From Candidatus Latescibacterota bacterium (lineage in GTDB: Bacteria; Latescibacterota; UBA2968): a stretch of 64,000 nt of DNA. The notes under the pieces are model-generated. The model searched no databases. It was given only the letters and a program-made list of their open reading frames with translations, and was not told the DNA's origin. Of the stretch, positions 18,950 through 29,103 are shown one piece after another. The DNA is taken from positions 3,264,001-3,328,000 of the forward strand of contig OZ242311.1 in assembly GCA_965207885.1 (NCBI GenBank), read 5' to 3'. Both the position numbers and the translations under genes were made by a program. Positions within the stretch are counted from its first letter, which is position 1; every line of letters begins with the position of its first letter.

Positions 18950-20238
18950 GAATTGCGCACCTTTTCAATCTCTATGTCCTCAACCACCAGATCAAACAAG
19001 TATGAAAGTGCTGCCACATAAGCCCCACCATCTTCTTCCTCGCCAGCCTCTCTAAGGCGCGTCACCGGTTTGTGCAGCACCTTATTCATAAATCGGCGCA
19101 TCAAATTGGTAACCTGAGCGCGTTGCTCATCTGAAAATTCACTGAGCCTGGCCTGCGCGAGTTCCGAATCCATAAAAGATTGAAAATGTCCACGCAGAGC
19201 CACAATAGCGGGAACAACCGATAGAGAATTTATCCACGCAGAGAAGTTCTCCACCTCTTCTTCTATAATTGTATTGACTTTATCCGCTTCAATTTCTCGC
19301 TTCTCTAAATTCGCGCCAACAACGGACTCCAGATCGTCCAGGTCGTATAAAAACACATTGTACAGGTCACCAACTACCGGATCAATATCGCGCGGCATGG
19401 CAATATCGATCAAAAACATCGAGCGATTATTGCGCTTTTGCATCGCCGCTGCTACATGGTGGCGTTCCAGAACATAAGCTTCCGCGCTCGTAGAACTGAT
19501 AACAACATCTGCCCCGTGCAAACTTCCTATCCCTTCGTCCCAGGAAATGGCGCGCCCGCCTACGCGCATTGCCAAATTTTGTGCCCGCGCTAACGTGCGA
19601 CTCGTCACCAGCAAAGACTTCACTCCATTGTCGGTGAGGTGCCGCGCTGTCAATTCACTCATCTCGCCAGCACCGAGCACCAGAGCTGTATGCCCTTCGA
19701 GATTGCCAAAAATTTTCTTTGCGAGTTCCACCGCTGCAAAACTGACGGAAACAGCACCCGTTGCAATCTCAGTTTCCGTGCGCGCCCGCTTTGAAACCTC
19801 AGTCGCAGTGCGAAATAAGCGATTCAGCACGGTTTTGCTCGTTCCCATAGATAGTGCAGCAGCCCCGGCCTCTTTCACCTGACCTGCAATTTGCGGCTCG
19901 CCCATGACCATAGAATCCAACCCACAGGCGACCCCGAAAAGGTGGCGCACGGCTTCTGCATCGCGATAGACAACCGTGTGCTGTCCCAATGCGTCGGTAT
20001 CCAATCCACTTTGCTCGTTCCACCCCGCGATCACCGCTGTGCGAGCAGCGTGAATATCCGTCGCAACACAATAGACTTCCGAGCGATTGCACGTCGATAA
20101 AACCGCGCATTCGACGATTTCGGGCACGCTGGAAAAGTATTGGAGAACCGCATCCAGAGCCTGGGGCAACACCGCGACCCCATCTCGAATTTCAACAGGT
20201 GCCGTGCGATAACTCAGCCCAATTACGACGAGAGACAT
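18946..20238 (-). CDS. hemA: Glutamyl-tRNA reductase
   Basis: LSTCNRSE, GLDSMVMGEPQI, DIAMPRDI. Confidence 0.97.
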   Translation of the reverse strand: MSLVVIGLSYRTAPVEIRDGVAVLPQALDAVLQYFSSVPEIVECAVLSTCNRSEVYCVATDIHAARTAVIAGWNEQSGLDTDALGQHTVVYRDAEAVRHLFGVACGLDSMVMGEPQIAGQVKEAGAAALSMGTSKTVLNRLFRTATEVSKRARTETEIATGAVSVSFAAVELAKKIFGNLEGHTALVLGAGEMSELTARHLTDNGVKSLLVTSRTLARAQNLAMRVGGRAISWDEGIGSLHGADVVISSTSAEAYVLERHHVAAAMQKRNNRSMFLIDIAMPRDIDPVVGDLYNVFLYDLDDLESVVGANLEKREIEADKVNTIIEEEVENFSAWINSLSVVPAIVALRGHFQSFMDSELAQARLSEFSDEQRAQVTNLMRRFMNKVLHKPVTRLREAGEEEDGGAYVAALSYLFDLVVEDIEIEKVRNS

Positions 20239-20846
20239 ACTTCAATCCGCTCCTCAATTTCAGCCCATTTGCCCTTGCGCGCCAGAGCAAGCGTATCATC
20301 TGTCACCAACTGTTGCCAGAACGCTTGCCTGCGTTCTGGCGCGTTGGGAAATCGCGCATAAACTCTACGCCTTAAATCCGCCATCAAATCCAGTAACTGT
20401 CCATCATCCCAAAAAGCCTCAATTTCTCGACGCAACAGCCTGGCGTAAGCAGGACTATTGCCCCCGGTGGAAATCGCCACCTGTAAGTCGCCACGCCGCA
20501 CAACCGCGGGCACAATAAAATCGCTATCTGTATGTCGATCCGCACCGCAAAACAAAATCCCCCGGCATTTCGCCGCCGCCTGCACCGCCCGATTGACATC
20601 TACGTGATCAGTCGCTGCAATCACGAGCGCGCTACCGTCCAAATCACTCGGCTCAAATGCCCGCTGATAGAGATGGATCACACTTTCATCGGCCAATTTC
20701 AGAATGCCCTCGGTCGCGGTTACACCAACAACTCGAACCCGCGCCCTTGCATCGCACAACCCGCGCACTCTGCGTTCGGCAACGCGACCCGCCCCAACCA
20801 CAACACATAATTTATCTTCTAATTTTAAAAACACGGGATAACGCAT
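20223..20846 (-). CDS. Precorrin-2 dehydrogenase (SirC / CysG N-terminal type)
   Basis: YPVFLKL, VVGAGRVAERR, AISTGGNSPAYA. Confidence 0.9.
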   Translation of the reverse strand: MRYPVFLKLEDKLCVVVGAGRVAERRVRGLCDARARVRVVGVTATEGILKLADESVIHLYQRAFEPSDLDGSALVIAATDHVDVNRAVQAAAKCRGILFCGADRHTDSDFIVPAVVRRGDLQVAISTGGNSPAYARLLRREIEAFWDDGQLLDLMADLRRRVYARFPNAPERRQAFWQQLVTDDTLALARKGKWAEIEERIEVCLSS

Positions 20847-20849
20847 GGC

Positions 20850-21674
20850 TTAAGGTCCTAAATTGTGGGGACCAGAAAACAGGACGCCCATCACGGGAAA
20901 TGCCAGAATTACGAAGACAAAACCCATGATAGACAGAAAAGCCGCTCGTTTGCCCTGCCAGCCACCCCACCACCGTGCGACGAGATTGCCCGCATAAATA
21001 ACCCAGGCAATTAGAACGGGGAAAAACACCGGCTCACGCCATATAGAAAACTGTGAAAGATGTTGAAATGCCCACACCGAACTTGCAATCGTTCCGCCCG
21101 TCAAAAAGACAAACCCAAAAGTGGCAGCTCGGTTAGTGATCTGATTCAACACCTCGAGTGAAGGCAGACGGGAATAAAAAAAACCTAAATGCTTGGCCTG
21201 AATTTCGCTCAAAAGCATCAGATACATCACACCTCCAACACAGGAAATCGCAAAAGCCGTGTACGCAAGTCCATAAGCCAGCACATGCAGTTCAAACCAC
21301 CCACCGCTATATCCCGAGACCTGAATACCCTCAGTACCCAACAATTTTGTAAGCGTCAAAACGTGCAAAACCACCACAATAGGCACAATCAGCACGCCCA
21401 AAGACCGATCTCGCGTACTCACTTCCAGATAAATATAAACAACCGCGACTAACCACGCACACAGCGATGGCAAAACCTGACTGGTCAAAGGTACCTCGCC
21501 AGCAGAAATTGTGATAACGACCAAAAGCACAGTGTGCATACACCAGGCTCCCCATATTCCCCAGGTACACAAGTCACGCCAGTGTGCTCTGGGCTGGTGA
21601 AAATGCAAAGCATAACCCAACGCACTGACGATATACGCTCCTCCTGTTGCAATGAGTAAGATGTCAAAAATCAT
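20850..21674 (-). CDS. Cytochrome c assembly protein CcsA/HemX-like
   Basis: Multi-TM; RLPSLEVL and GWQGKRAA motifs; upstream of hemA. Confidence 0.85.
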   Translation of the reverse strand: MIFDILLIATGGAYIVSALGYALHFHQPRAHWRDLCTWGIWGAWCMHTVLLVVITISAGEVPLTSQVLPSLCAWLVAVVYIYLEVSTRDRSLGVLIVPIVVVLHVLTLTKLLGTEGIQVSGYSGGWFELHVLAYGLAYTAFAISCVGGVMYLMLLSEIQAKHLGFFYSRLPSLEVLNQITNRAATFGFVFLTGGTIASSVWAFQHLSQFSIWREPVFFPVLIAWVIYAGNLVARWWGGWQGKRAAFLSIMGFVFVILAFPVMGVLFSGPHNLGP

Positions 21675-21749
21675 AGCCTTTTCCTCAATCATCCAAACCG
21701 ACATCACAAAAAGAAATATACGCAACGGTGTACAACTGCGCCAGTATCA

Positions 21750-22928
21750 TCAATGCGATGATGTTCCCAACAACTCTGGATTGGGTAGTCGGGCATCCCT
21801 CTTGCCCGGTGTAATAGAGCCTAACACCACTTGTTTATTAGCACCGGTTACACTCGGCACATTGCCCGGGTGCCCATTCAGGGTCTGACAGGCAAGGATT
21901 GCAAATGCAATAGCTTCTTTTGCTTCTGATGCCATTCCCAGATCATCCAGTCGCTTGAATGCGATATTTCCCAGTGCCCGATCCAAAAGATCCATCATAA
22001 CCGGATTTTTGGTTCCGCCCCCACTTACAATCACTTCGTGGATTTCACATCTGGACAAAACAAATCGTTTTAGCCCATGCACAATGCTTTCCACCGTGAA
22101 CTGCACTGCCGTACGCACGAGATCCTCTCGTTTTCCCTCCCAATCGAGAATTTTCTGAACCATATCGGCTCCAAAATCCTCTCGCCCTGTTGATTTGGGC
22201 GGCTCCATATCAAAAAAAGGATGTGCTACAAGCACATCCAAAAGATCCTCACATACCTGGCCTTTGTCCGCAAGTACTCCATCTCTATCGAAACTCTGTT
22301 TGCCGCGTGTTATTGCCTGCACAACCCCATCAATGACCATATTGCCAGGCCCCGTATCAAATGCAAAAATATCTGACACGCCACAGTTTGCGGGCAATAT
22401 ATTGACATTGGCAATACCACCGATGTTGAGCATCGCACGTCCCACGTACTCAGACCGAAACAACAGATAATCCACTAGCGGGACAAGTGGTGCCCCCTGT
22501 CCGCCCACAGCCATATCCCGTGACCTAAAATCCGATACCGTCGTGATTCCCGTGCGCTCTGCAATTACTGCGGGACTGCCAATTTGCAGCGTTGATCTCA
22601 CCTTTTTATCCGCAACAACAGCTAGCGTGGGCAAATGGTGAATCGTCTGCCCGTGCGATCCAATCACATCGACTTCTCCCGCGCTGACATTGGCCTTCTC
22701 GCACACGCGCAGTGCAGCCTCTGCAAACCATTCCCCAAGCGCGGCATCCATGCGACATATTGTATCGACCCGTCCATTTTCACAAAGCGACAAAATCTCC
22801 CTTCTGACATCTTTGGGAAAAGGAATCTCGACATATCCGAGAAGAGACAGATCGGATTCGCCAATCTCCACAAGCGCAGCATCCACCCCATCGGCAGAAG
22901 TTCCAGACATGAGACCGATCGCTTTCAC
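21750..22928 (-). CDS. anmK: Anhydro-N-acetylmuramic acid kinase
   Basis: GLMSGTSADGVD, GSHGQT, GGQGAPLVP, FDTGPGN, KSTGRE. Confidence 0.96.
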   Translation of the reverse strand: MKAIGLMSGTSADGVDAALVEIGESDLSLLGYVEIPFPKDVRREILSLCENGRVDTICRMDAALGEWFAEAALRVCEKANVSAGEVDVIGSHGQTIHHLPTLAVVADKKVRSTLQIGSPAVIAERTGITTVSDFRSRDMAVGGQGAPLVPLVDYLLFRSEYVGRAMLNIGGIANVNILPANCGVSDIFAFDTGPGNMVIDGVVQAITRGKQSFDRDGVLADKGQVCEDLLDVLVAHPFFDMEPPKSTGREDFGADMVQKILDWEGKREDLVRTAVQFTVESIVHGLKRFVLSRCEIHEVIVSGGGTKNPVMMDLLDRALGNIAFKRLDDLGMASEAKEAIAFAILACQTLNGHPGNVPSVTGANKQVVLGSITPGKRDARLPNPELLGTSSH

Positions 22929-22929
22929 T

Positions 22930-23988
22930 TCACGCTCCTATCTCGCGAACGGTTTTGACACCGCGAATAAAATAGTGATAAACTACTGACCCCTTAAAAA
23001 GACGCCGTTCAATCTCGCCATCTCCCACGCTTCTGAACCGCTGGGCTTCTCGCCGTCGCCGCAGGATATTGAACGGATGCAGCAATACCCATAAAAGGCC
23101 AGCTATTGCCGCAACGGGATGTTTCCAATTGCCCTTTAGCAACAAACCCAAATTTGCCAGTTCCATAGCTACGCGAACCGGAAATTTATACAACAGCCGC
23201 GAAAGGGAAAAGTTTTTCAACAACATCACGAGCTGATTGCGGTGATTCAAATACGCTTTTCTATAACTCTCTGCACCCAGCGTAAATCCGCCGTAGTGAT
23301 ATACGAGAGAATCGGGCACATAGACAATGCGATACCCTGCAAGGTGAAACCGCCAGGACAGATCGATCTCTTCCATATGCATTATAAATCCCTCATCTAT
23401 CAGCCCCGTTTTTTTGAGGCAATCCATACGCAAAAACATCGCTCCTCCAATAGCCCAAAAAATATCGCGGGAGTGATTGTATTGCCCCACATCTTCTTCG
23501 ACAAACTCAAATATCCTGCCCTGACAAAACGTAAATCCCCACTTATCCATCAGCCCGCCTGCAGCCCCGCCATAATCAAACATTTTGCGATTCTGTAGTG
23601 ACCGAACCCTGGACTGACACGCCCCAATTTCGGGATCGGATTTCAGGGCATCAATCAGCGGCGGCAACCACCCTTCGCCCACCTCCACATCCGAATTTAA
23701 CAACATCGCATACGCGCCCTTTGCAACCTCCAACCCCCGGTTGCACCCGGCGCCCATCCCCTTGCTCGGCTTTCCATGTCCCCCACCCGTCTTCACAATG
23801 CGAATATCCGGAAACTTTTCCAATGCCCTGTCCAGACTGCCGTCGGAATAAGGCTGATCATCTGCTACAATAACTTCAAAGGGAACATCCGATGTCCGCG
23901 CATAGACAAATGTCAGACATTCGGAAAGAATATCTCCCAAATAATGGGGAATGATAATTGAGACCAATGGTTTATTATACTCTTCCAT
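22930..23988 (-). CDS. Glycosyltransferase family 2
   Basis: SIIIPHY, LLNSDVEV, HMEEIDLSWR. Confidence 0.92.
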   Translation of the reverse strand: MEEYNKPLVSIIIPHYLGDILSECLTFVYARTSDVPFEVIVADDQPYSDGSLDRALEKFPDIRIVKTGGGHGKPSKGMGAGCNRGLEVAKGAYAMLLNSDVEVGEGWLPPLIDALKSDPEIGACQSRVRSLQNRKMFDYGGAAGGLMDKWGFTFCQGRIFEFVEEDVGQYNHSRDIFWAIGGAMFLRMDCLKKTGLIDEGFIMHMEEIDLSWRFHLAGYRIVYVPDSLVYHYGGFTLGAESYRKAYLNHRNQLVMLLKNFSLSRLLYKFPVRVAMELANLGLLLKGNWKHPVAAIAGLLWVLLHPFNILRRRREAQRFRSVGDGEIERRLFKGSVVYHYFIRGVKTVREIGA

Positions 23989-24011
23989 CTGAAAATCTCG
24001 GACTTCCTCTA

Positions 24012-25088
24012 TTAAAACGCTACCTCTACACCCAATTCCTCGGCCGCTTTTTCCAAACCTCCCACATGGGTTTCATGTAGCGGAATCCCCGTCTTTTCCC
24101 ACGCGGCTTTTTTAAGCCACTCAATCTCACCGGGCAAGTAAACGCGATCCACGCCTTCTTTTGGGCGAGACGCTCGAATCGCCTGAATCATCCGATCAAC
24201 TTCTCGTTTGAAATCCGACACATCGCAAAATGTCTCGATCTTGATCGCCTGAAAAAAATGACTGGCCCGTCGCTGCCCTTGATATTCATCTTCCCTATTC
24301 ACCGTTGCCAGACCAAAAGGCAGAATACCGCTCAAAACATCCATCACCACATTAAGCCCCGATCCCTTCGCACCACCGGGAGCTACCAGCGCGTACGCGC
24401 GATGAGGATCATCAGTCACCTGCCCATCCTCATCTAACACCCACTCGCCGTCTAATTTTTTTCCGTACAAACGCATAGTGCCCACCCGCCCCCAGGCGGA
24501 CCGTCCCGTCGCCATATCCAGCACAATGGGATATTCCCGACCCGCCGGAATCGCATAAGCCAGCGCGTGATTCCCCAACAACCTGTCTATCCCGCCATAT
24601 GGCGCCACGCCCCGACTACTGCTCGACACGCAAAAACCGATCATATCCCGGTCCAATGCCATCGTTGCATAACAGGCCGCTGCGCCGTAGTGACGGCTAT
24701 TTATAACTGTTGTTGCAGCAATCCCCAGTTTATCTGCTTTTGCAATTGCCAGTTGCATCGCGCGATAAGATGCCAGATGTCCCAAACACCCATCGCCATC
24801 TACCGTTGCCGACGCGGGTCCTTCGCGGACAACGCGAATTTCGGGTTTGGGATTTGTGTGACCAGTTTGAATGCGCTTTAAGTAACCCGGCACAGCCCGC
24901 GTACCGTGTGAATGAACCCCGCGCACATCTGTCTCAACTTGCAAATCGGCCATCAACCGCGCATCTGCCCTCGGCACGCCAGCCGCTTCATAAAGCCGTT
25001 GCGTCGTCTCTCTCAAATCGCGAACCTGAATCAACCGCTCCTGTTCACCCGCCTCTATCGGCACAATACCATTCACGAGTTCATGCAT
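24012..25088 (-). CDS. Ldh-2 (malate/L-lactate/L-sulfolactate dehydrogenase) family oxidoreductase
   Basis: RGVHSHG, NSRHYG, LDMAT, GGAKGSG, YLPGE. Confidence 0.9.
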   Translation of the reverse strand: MHELVNGIVPIEAGEQERLIQVRDLRETTQRLYEAAGVPRADARLMADLQVETDVRGVHSHGTRAVPGYLKRIQTGHTNPKPEIRVVREGPASATVDGDGCLGHLASYRAMQLAIAKADKLGIAATTVINSRHYGAAACYATMALDRDMIGFCVSSSSRGVAPYGGIDRLLGNHALAYAIPAGREYPIVLDMATGRSAWGRVGTMRLYGKKLDGEWVLDEDGQVTDDPHRAYALVAPGGAKGSGLNVVMDVLSGILPFGLATVNREDEYQGQRRASHFFQAIKIETFCDVSDFKREVDRMIQAIRASRPKEGVDRVYLPGEIEWLKKAAWEKTGIPLHETHVGGLEKAAEELGVEVAF

Positions 25089-25234
25089 AAAAACCTCCAA
25101 ACTCCTTGCTCAAATTAAAGAGACATTTTAAGTTATCAGCATACCCAATCATTCTCCAAAATAAGACCTGAAAGGGGAAACACGAGAGAGATTGGATCGT
25201 CTTAATTTTACGTCTCATCTCTAAGGAAATCACC

Positions 25235-26614
25235 ATGGATTACGATGTCATCGTCATTGGCGGCGGGAGTGCGGGATACGCCGCTGCGCGCACGGCACAA
25301 GAACTCGGTGCAAAAGTTGCCATTATCGACAAAGGGCCTCTCGGTGGTCTGTGCATCTTGCGCGGCTGCATGCCCACCAAAACCATCCTGCGCTCATCCG
25401 AAATCATGTCCTTGATGCGCCGCGCAAAAGAATTTGGCCTGCGCGCTTCTAATTTGCGCGCAAATCTCGCCGAAATCAACGACCGCAAACGCGCACTCAT
25501 CAGCGAATTTGCAGATTATCGCATCGAGCAACTGCGCAATCCGCGATTTACTCTCATCAACGGCACGGCGCAGTTTGTCAATCGCAACACCATCACAGTG
25601 GAAAAACAAAATATCACCGCGCGAAGTTTCATCATCAGCACGGGATCAACCGTTGCCGACATCGCCATTCCCGGCTTGAAAGAAGTGGGCTATATCACAA
25701 GCGATGAAGCACTTGAACTACGAGAATTGCCAGAATCGATGATCGTTTTAGGCGGCGGACCTGTCGCAACGGAATTTGCGCAATTCTTCTGCCGTCTGGG
25801 AACACACACCACACTCATTCAACGTAGCAATCACATCTTCAGCAGCACAGACGAAGACCTCGCGCGTCCGGTGGAAGCCCGCTTTAGAGAAGAAGGCATG
25901 AAAGTCTTTACCGACACGCAATTGCAAAAATTTACGACCAAAAACAATGCCAAAATCGCCCATTTTCACCACAGAGGCGAACTCCGTCGCGCTTCGGCAG
26001 ACATAATTCTCCATGCTTTGGGGCGTATGCCCGCCATCCAATCGCTCGCGCTTGAAAATGCCGGCGTAAGCGTTGAGCGCGGACGCATTCTCGTGGATCA
26101 TCACATGCGCACCAGCGCGCCCAATATTTATGCAGCGGGCGATTGTACGGGACTCTACGAAATCGTACACATCGCCGTTCAGCAAGGCGAGATAGCCGGT
26201 CACAACGCCGTTGATGGAACCAAAAATCAGAGCATCGACTACAGGCTCAAGGCCGAAGTTGTCTTCACCGATCCGCAATTTGCGTCTGTGGGCCTCACCG
26301 AGAAAGAATGCCGCGAGCAAAAGATCCCCTATCGCGTTGCGTCCTATCCCTTTGACGACCACGGCAAATCCATGGTCCTGGGAGAACTTCATGGATTTGT
26401 CAAAATCCTCTGCCATCCCGAAACAGGCGAAATCATCGGTGGGCATATCGTCGGTCCAGAAGCCGGCGAACTTTTTCACGAACTCATCGCCATCATGCAC
26501 TTTCGCGGCACAGTACAAGACCTCATGAGCATCCCGCATTACCATCCCACACTATCGGAAATACTCACCTATCCGGCAGAAGACCTCGTTGAAGAAATTC
26601 AGTCCTCGCGATGA
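25235..26614 (+). CDS. Pyridine nucleotide-disulfide oxidoreductase (dihydrolipoamide dehydrogenase-like)
   Basis: GGGSAG, GGLCILRGCMPTK, HPTLSE; no C-terminal Cys pair. Confidence 0.88.
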   Translation: MDYDVIVIGGGSAGYAAARTAQELGAKVAIIDKGPLGGLCILRGCMPTKTILRSSEIMSLMRRAKEFGLRASNLRANLAEINDRKRALISEFADYRIEQLRNPRFTLINGTAQFVNRNTITVEKQNITARSFIISTGSTVADIAIPGLKEVGYITSDEALELRELPESMIVLGGGPVATEFAQFFCRLGTHTTLIQRSNHIFSSTDEDLARPVEARFREEGMKVFTDTQLQKFTTKNNAKIAHFHHRGELRRASADIILHALGRMPAIQSLALENAGVSVERGRILVDHHMRTSAPNIYAAGDCTGLYEIVHIAVQQGEIAGHNAVDGTKNQSIDYRLKAEVVFTDPQFASVGLTEKECREQKIPYRVASYPFDDHGKSMVLGELHGFVKILCHPETGEIIGGHIVGPEAGELFHELIAIMHFRGTVQDLMSIPHYHPTLSEILTYPAEDLVEEIQSSR

Positions 26615-27939
26615 ATAACGGGTTTTAACTGATAGGCGAGCATTGCGGCAAATGGGATAAATAATAGGGAAATGCGAAACAAATTCTGATAGGAAATCCA
26701 CGCGACCAGCACTCCGGCCAGCATGGGCAACAAGCCTTGCGGAAACATAAACATATTCATAAAGCTGGTATAAGTCGGCCTTCGGTCAGCAGGCGCGATA
26801 TCGAGAACATACGTCATGCGCCCCGAATACATGCCGCTTTGTGCTGCGCCAGAAAAAATGAACGTAAATGCATACACCACAACTCTCAAATCCACCTCTG
26901 TACCCCAGAAATTGAGGAGATGATTGGGCACATACACGATACATATCGGAATCAGAATGGACAACGCGAGCAAGCAGGTGCCGTACAAAAACAACGCCTG
27001 ATTGCCCTTGTAACGCCCCACCCATGCCCACGCCACATTTGAAAAAACCGAGCTAAACTGCATCGCAATCACATAAAACCCTATATAAACGACTCCAATA
27101 CCCAACCCAGAAATCGCATAAGGCACGTAAAACGGCCCGCCCATCATGCTAAAACCCCACAAAAATTGCACCATGCACAAACGCCTGAAATTCACATCCT
27201 CCTTCATCAAACTCAGCCCACTGATCAAATAATTTTTTAGGGAGAGCTGTGCGCGCGTGCTTTTTTCAATAGGTTCGCGGATCATGCCAAATGTCAGCAC
27301 GGCCAGTGCCGTACCCGAACCAGACAGCATAAATAATACCGCGTAATTATTGGGAAACGCAAGACCGCTCTGCGCGCTCAAAATATAGGAAATCAGAACA
27401 CCTGCAACCATCGACATCACACCACCTGAAAAGCGGCGCAGAGCAAAAACTTTTGCCCGATGCGACGCTGGAATCGCCTTGCCCATCAAATCCATCCACG
27501 GCACATTCATCACGCCCATCAGCGATGTTCCCAAAGCGTAAAACACCATAAACAAAGACAAAAAAATTGCGGGCTTCAACCCGCCGAAAAAAAACGTCAT
27601 CACGCCCACCAGAACCCACATTACACTTCGGGCCATACCCGCCCAGATCAGCAAGGGCATCTTTCGGGGTTTGGGTTCGATAATCCGGGAAATAAAAACT
27701 TGAGGCCAAGCCCAGCCCATTCTCATAAGCGCGCCAGCCATCCCGACCAGAATGCTGGACGTGGTCAGCGTTTGCACAAATGCTGGCATCACCAGATCAG
27801 CGCTGATAAACGTGTAAGCCATCATCACCATGCCGCCGTTGATCACCAGCAACCAGCTATTTCGGCGCGTCTCCCTTTGCGAGCGCCTCGCCGCCACCAC
27901 ATCGCGTAGCGGCGGTCCCCCATGCTGTGCCATTTCCAT
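26599..27939 (-). CDS. MFS transporter
   Basis: About 12 TM segments; WMDLMGKAIP..RAK motif. Confidence 0.85.
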   Translation of the reverse strand: MEMAQHGGPPLRDVVAARRSQRETRRNSWLLVINGGMVMMAYTFISADLVMPAFVQTLTTSSILVGMAGALMRMGWAWPQVFISRIIEPKPRKMPLLIWAGMARSVMWVLVGVMTFFFGGLKPAIFLSLFMVFYALGTSLMGVMNVPWMDLMGKAIPASHRAKVFALRRFSGGVMSMVAGVLISYILSAQSGLAFPNNYAVLFMLSGSGTALAVLTFGMIREPIEKSTRAQLSLKNYLISGLSLMKEDVNFRRLCMVQFLWGFSMMGGPFYVPYAISGLGIGVVYIGFYVIAMQFSSVFSNVAWAWVGRYKGNQALFLYGTCLLALSILIPICIVYVPNHLLNFWGTEVDLRVVVYAFTFIFSGAAQSGMYSGRMTYVLDIAPADRRPTYTSFMNMFMFPQGLLPMLAGVLVAWISYQNLFRISLLFIPFAAMLAYQLKPVIHRED

Positions 27940-27950
27940 GATTGGTAGTC

Positions 27951-29102
27951 CTATAAGCAATCTGCACCGTCAATAATAGACTGAATATCCACAATCCCAC
28001 ACCCCGGTCCCCCGGGAACACTCATCTTCCCATCTCGAATCTCGAGTGCGGGATCAAACCAATCGCGGTATTTCTCAATTCCCCTTTTGTATTCCTGATA
28101 CCGACCGATATCTGGTGTACAGGCGGCAAAGTGAAGCATATAAATAAACCCAAAGCCACCAGAAATATGTACGGTCGTCGGCATCCTGGCCAGAGCGGCC
28201 ATTCGCGCAACGCGCGTCGAGCGAATAAGCCCTCCGTAATAATGCAAATCGGGCTGCACAATATCCACACCGCGATTGGCAATCATCCATCGAAACCTTC
28301 GGTCGCTGAACTCCTGCTCGCCTCCAGAAACGGGAATATCCAGCGCATCGGCAACCATCTTTGTATCCTCAAGGTGATCAAACGGACATGGTTCTTCAAA
28401 ATAAACAGCTTCAATATCTTCGAGCATGCGTCCCACTTCAATCGCCTGCGGCGGATCGTAAGAGCTATTGGAATCCGCGTGAATATCAATCGCATCACCG
28501 AGGACCTTGCGAGACAACGCGATCAAATTTGGTGTTCGCCCGGGCCTGGCATCTGCATTTTTGCTCATGCGCCCGCCAATTCTAAACTTCACGGCTGGCG
28601 CACCCGTCTCGTCGATCAGACGCTGCAAATAAACCACCTCTTCTTCCGGTGTGCTATCCCTGCGTCCGCTCGCAACATAAAAGGGAACCCACTCGCGCAC
28701 AACGCCGCCCAGGAGTTTGGGAATGGACTTTTGTGCAACCCGACCGAGCAAATCCAACAGCGCCATCTCAACCCACGCCACACAACACCAGAAAGCCAAC
28801 CCCTGCAATTTGTAATTGCTGCTGTGGCGGTACACGCCCCACAGATGGTCTTCGAGATCGCGGGCATCTTTCCCGATAAAATAGGGAATTACCAACTCGT
28901 TGAGAATCGGATACACGTATTGTGCCCGCCCATTTGTAAATGCCAGACCCTCCACACCATCTCTCGAACGCACATGCACGTAATACTCTCGCGCATCTTT
29001 GAGCAACTGAATAGATTCGATCACAACCGGCTCATCCAGCCCATCTAAGACCAGAACGGGTTTTTCAGCCGCCTCATCCAGTGCCGCAATACTCGGTGTC
29101 AT
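27951..29102 (-). CDS. Mandelate racemase/muconate lactonizing enzyme family protein
   Basis: ADSNSSY, FEEPCP, GGEQ, IVQPD; start ATG 29102. Confidence 0.88.
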   Translation of the reverse strand: MTPSIAALDEAAEKPVLVLDGLDEPVVIESIQLLKDAREYYVHVRSRDGVEGLAFTNGRAQYVYPILNELVIPYFIGKDARDLEDHLWGVYRHSSNYKLQGLAFWCCVAWVEMALLDLLGRVAQKSIPKLLGGVVREWVPFYVASGRRDSTPEEEVVYLQRLIDETGAPAVKFRIGGRMSKNADARPGRTPNLIALSRKVLGDAIDIHADSNSSYDPPQAIEVGRMLEDIEAVYFEEPCPFDHLEDTKMVADALDIPVSGGEQEFSDRRFRWMIANRGVDIVQPDLHYYGGLIRSTRVARMAALARMPTTVHISGGFGFIYMLHFAACTPDIGRYQEYKRGIEKYRDWFDPALEIRDGKMSVPGGPGCGIVDIQSIIDGADCL

Positions 29103-29103
29103 T

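Noticed and set aside
25160-25185. SRP RNA or c-di-GMP riboswitch around the GAAA hairpin
   Set aside because: Lacks the SRP CAGG/AGCAG internal loop and the GEMM consensus
25235-26614. Mercuric reductase (merA) call
   Set aside because: No C-terminal Cys-Cys pair, no HMA domain and no mer genes nearby
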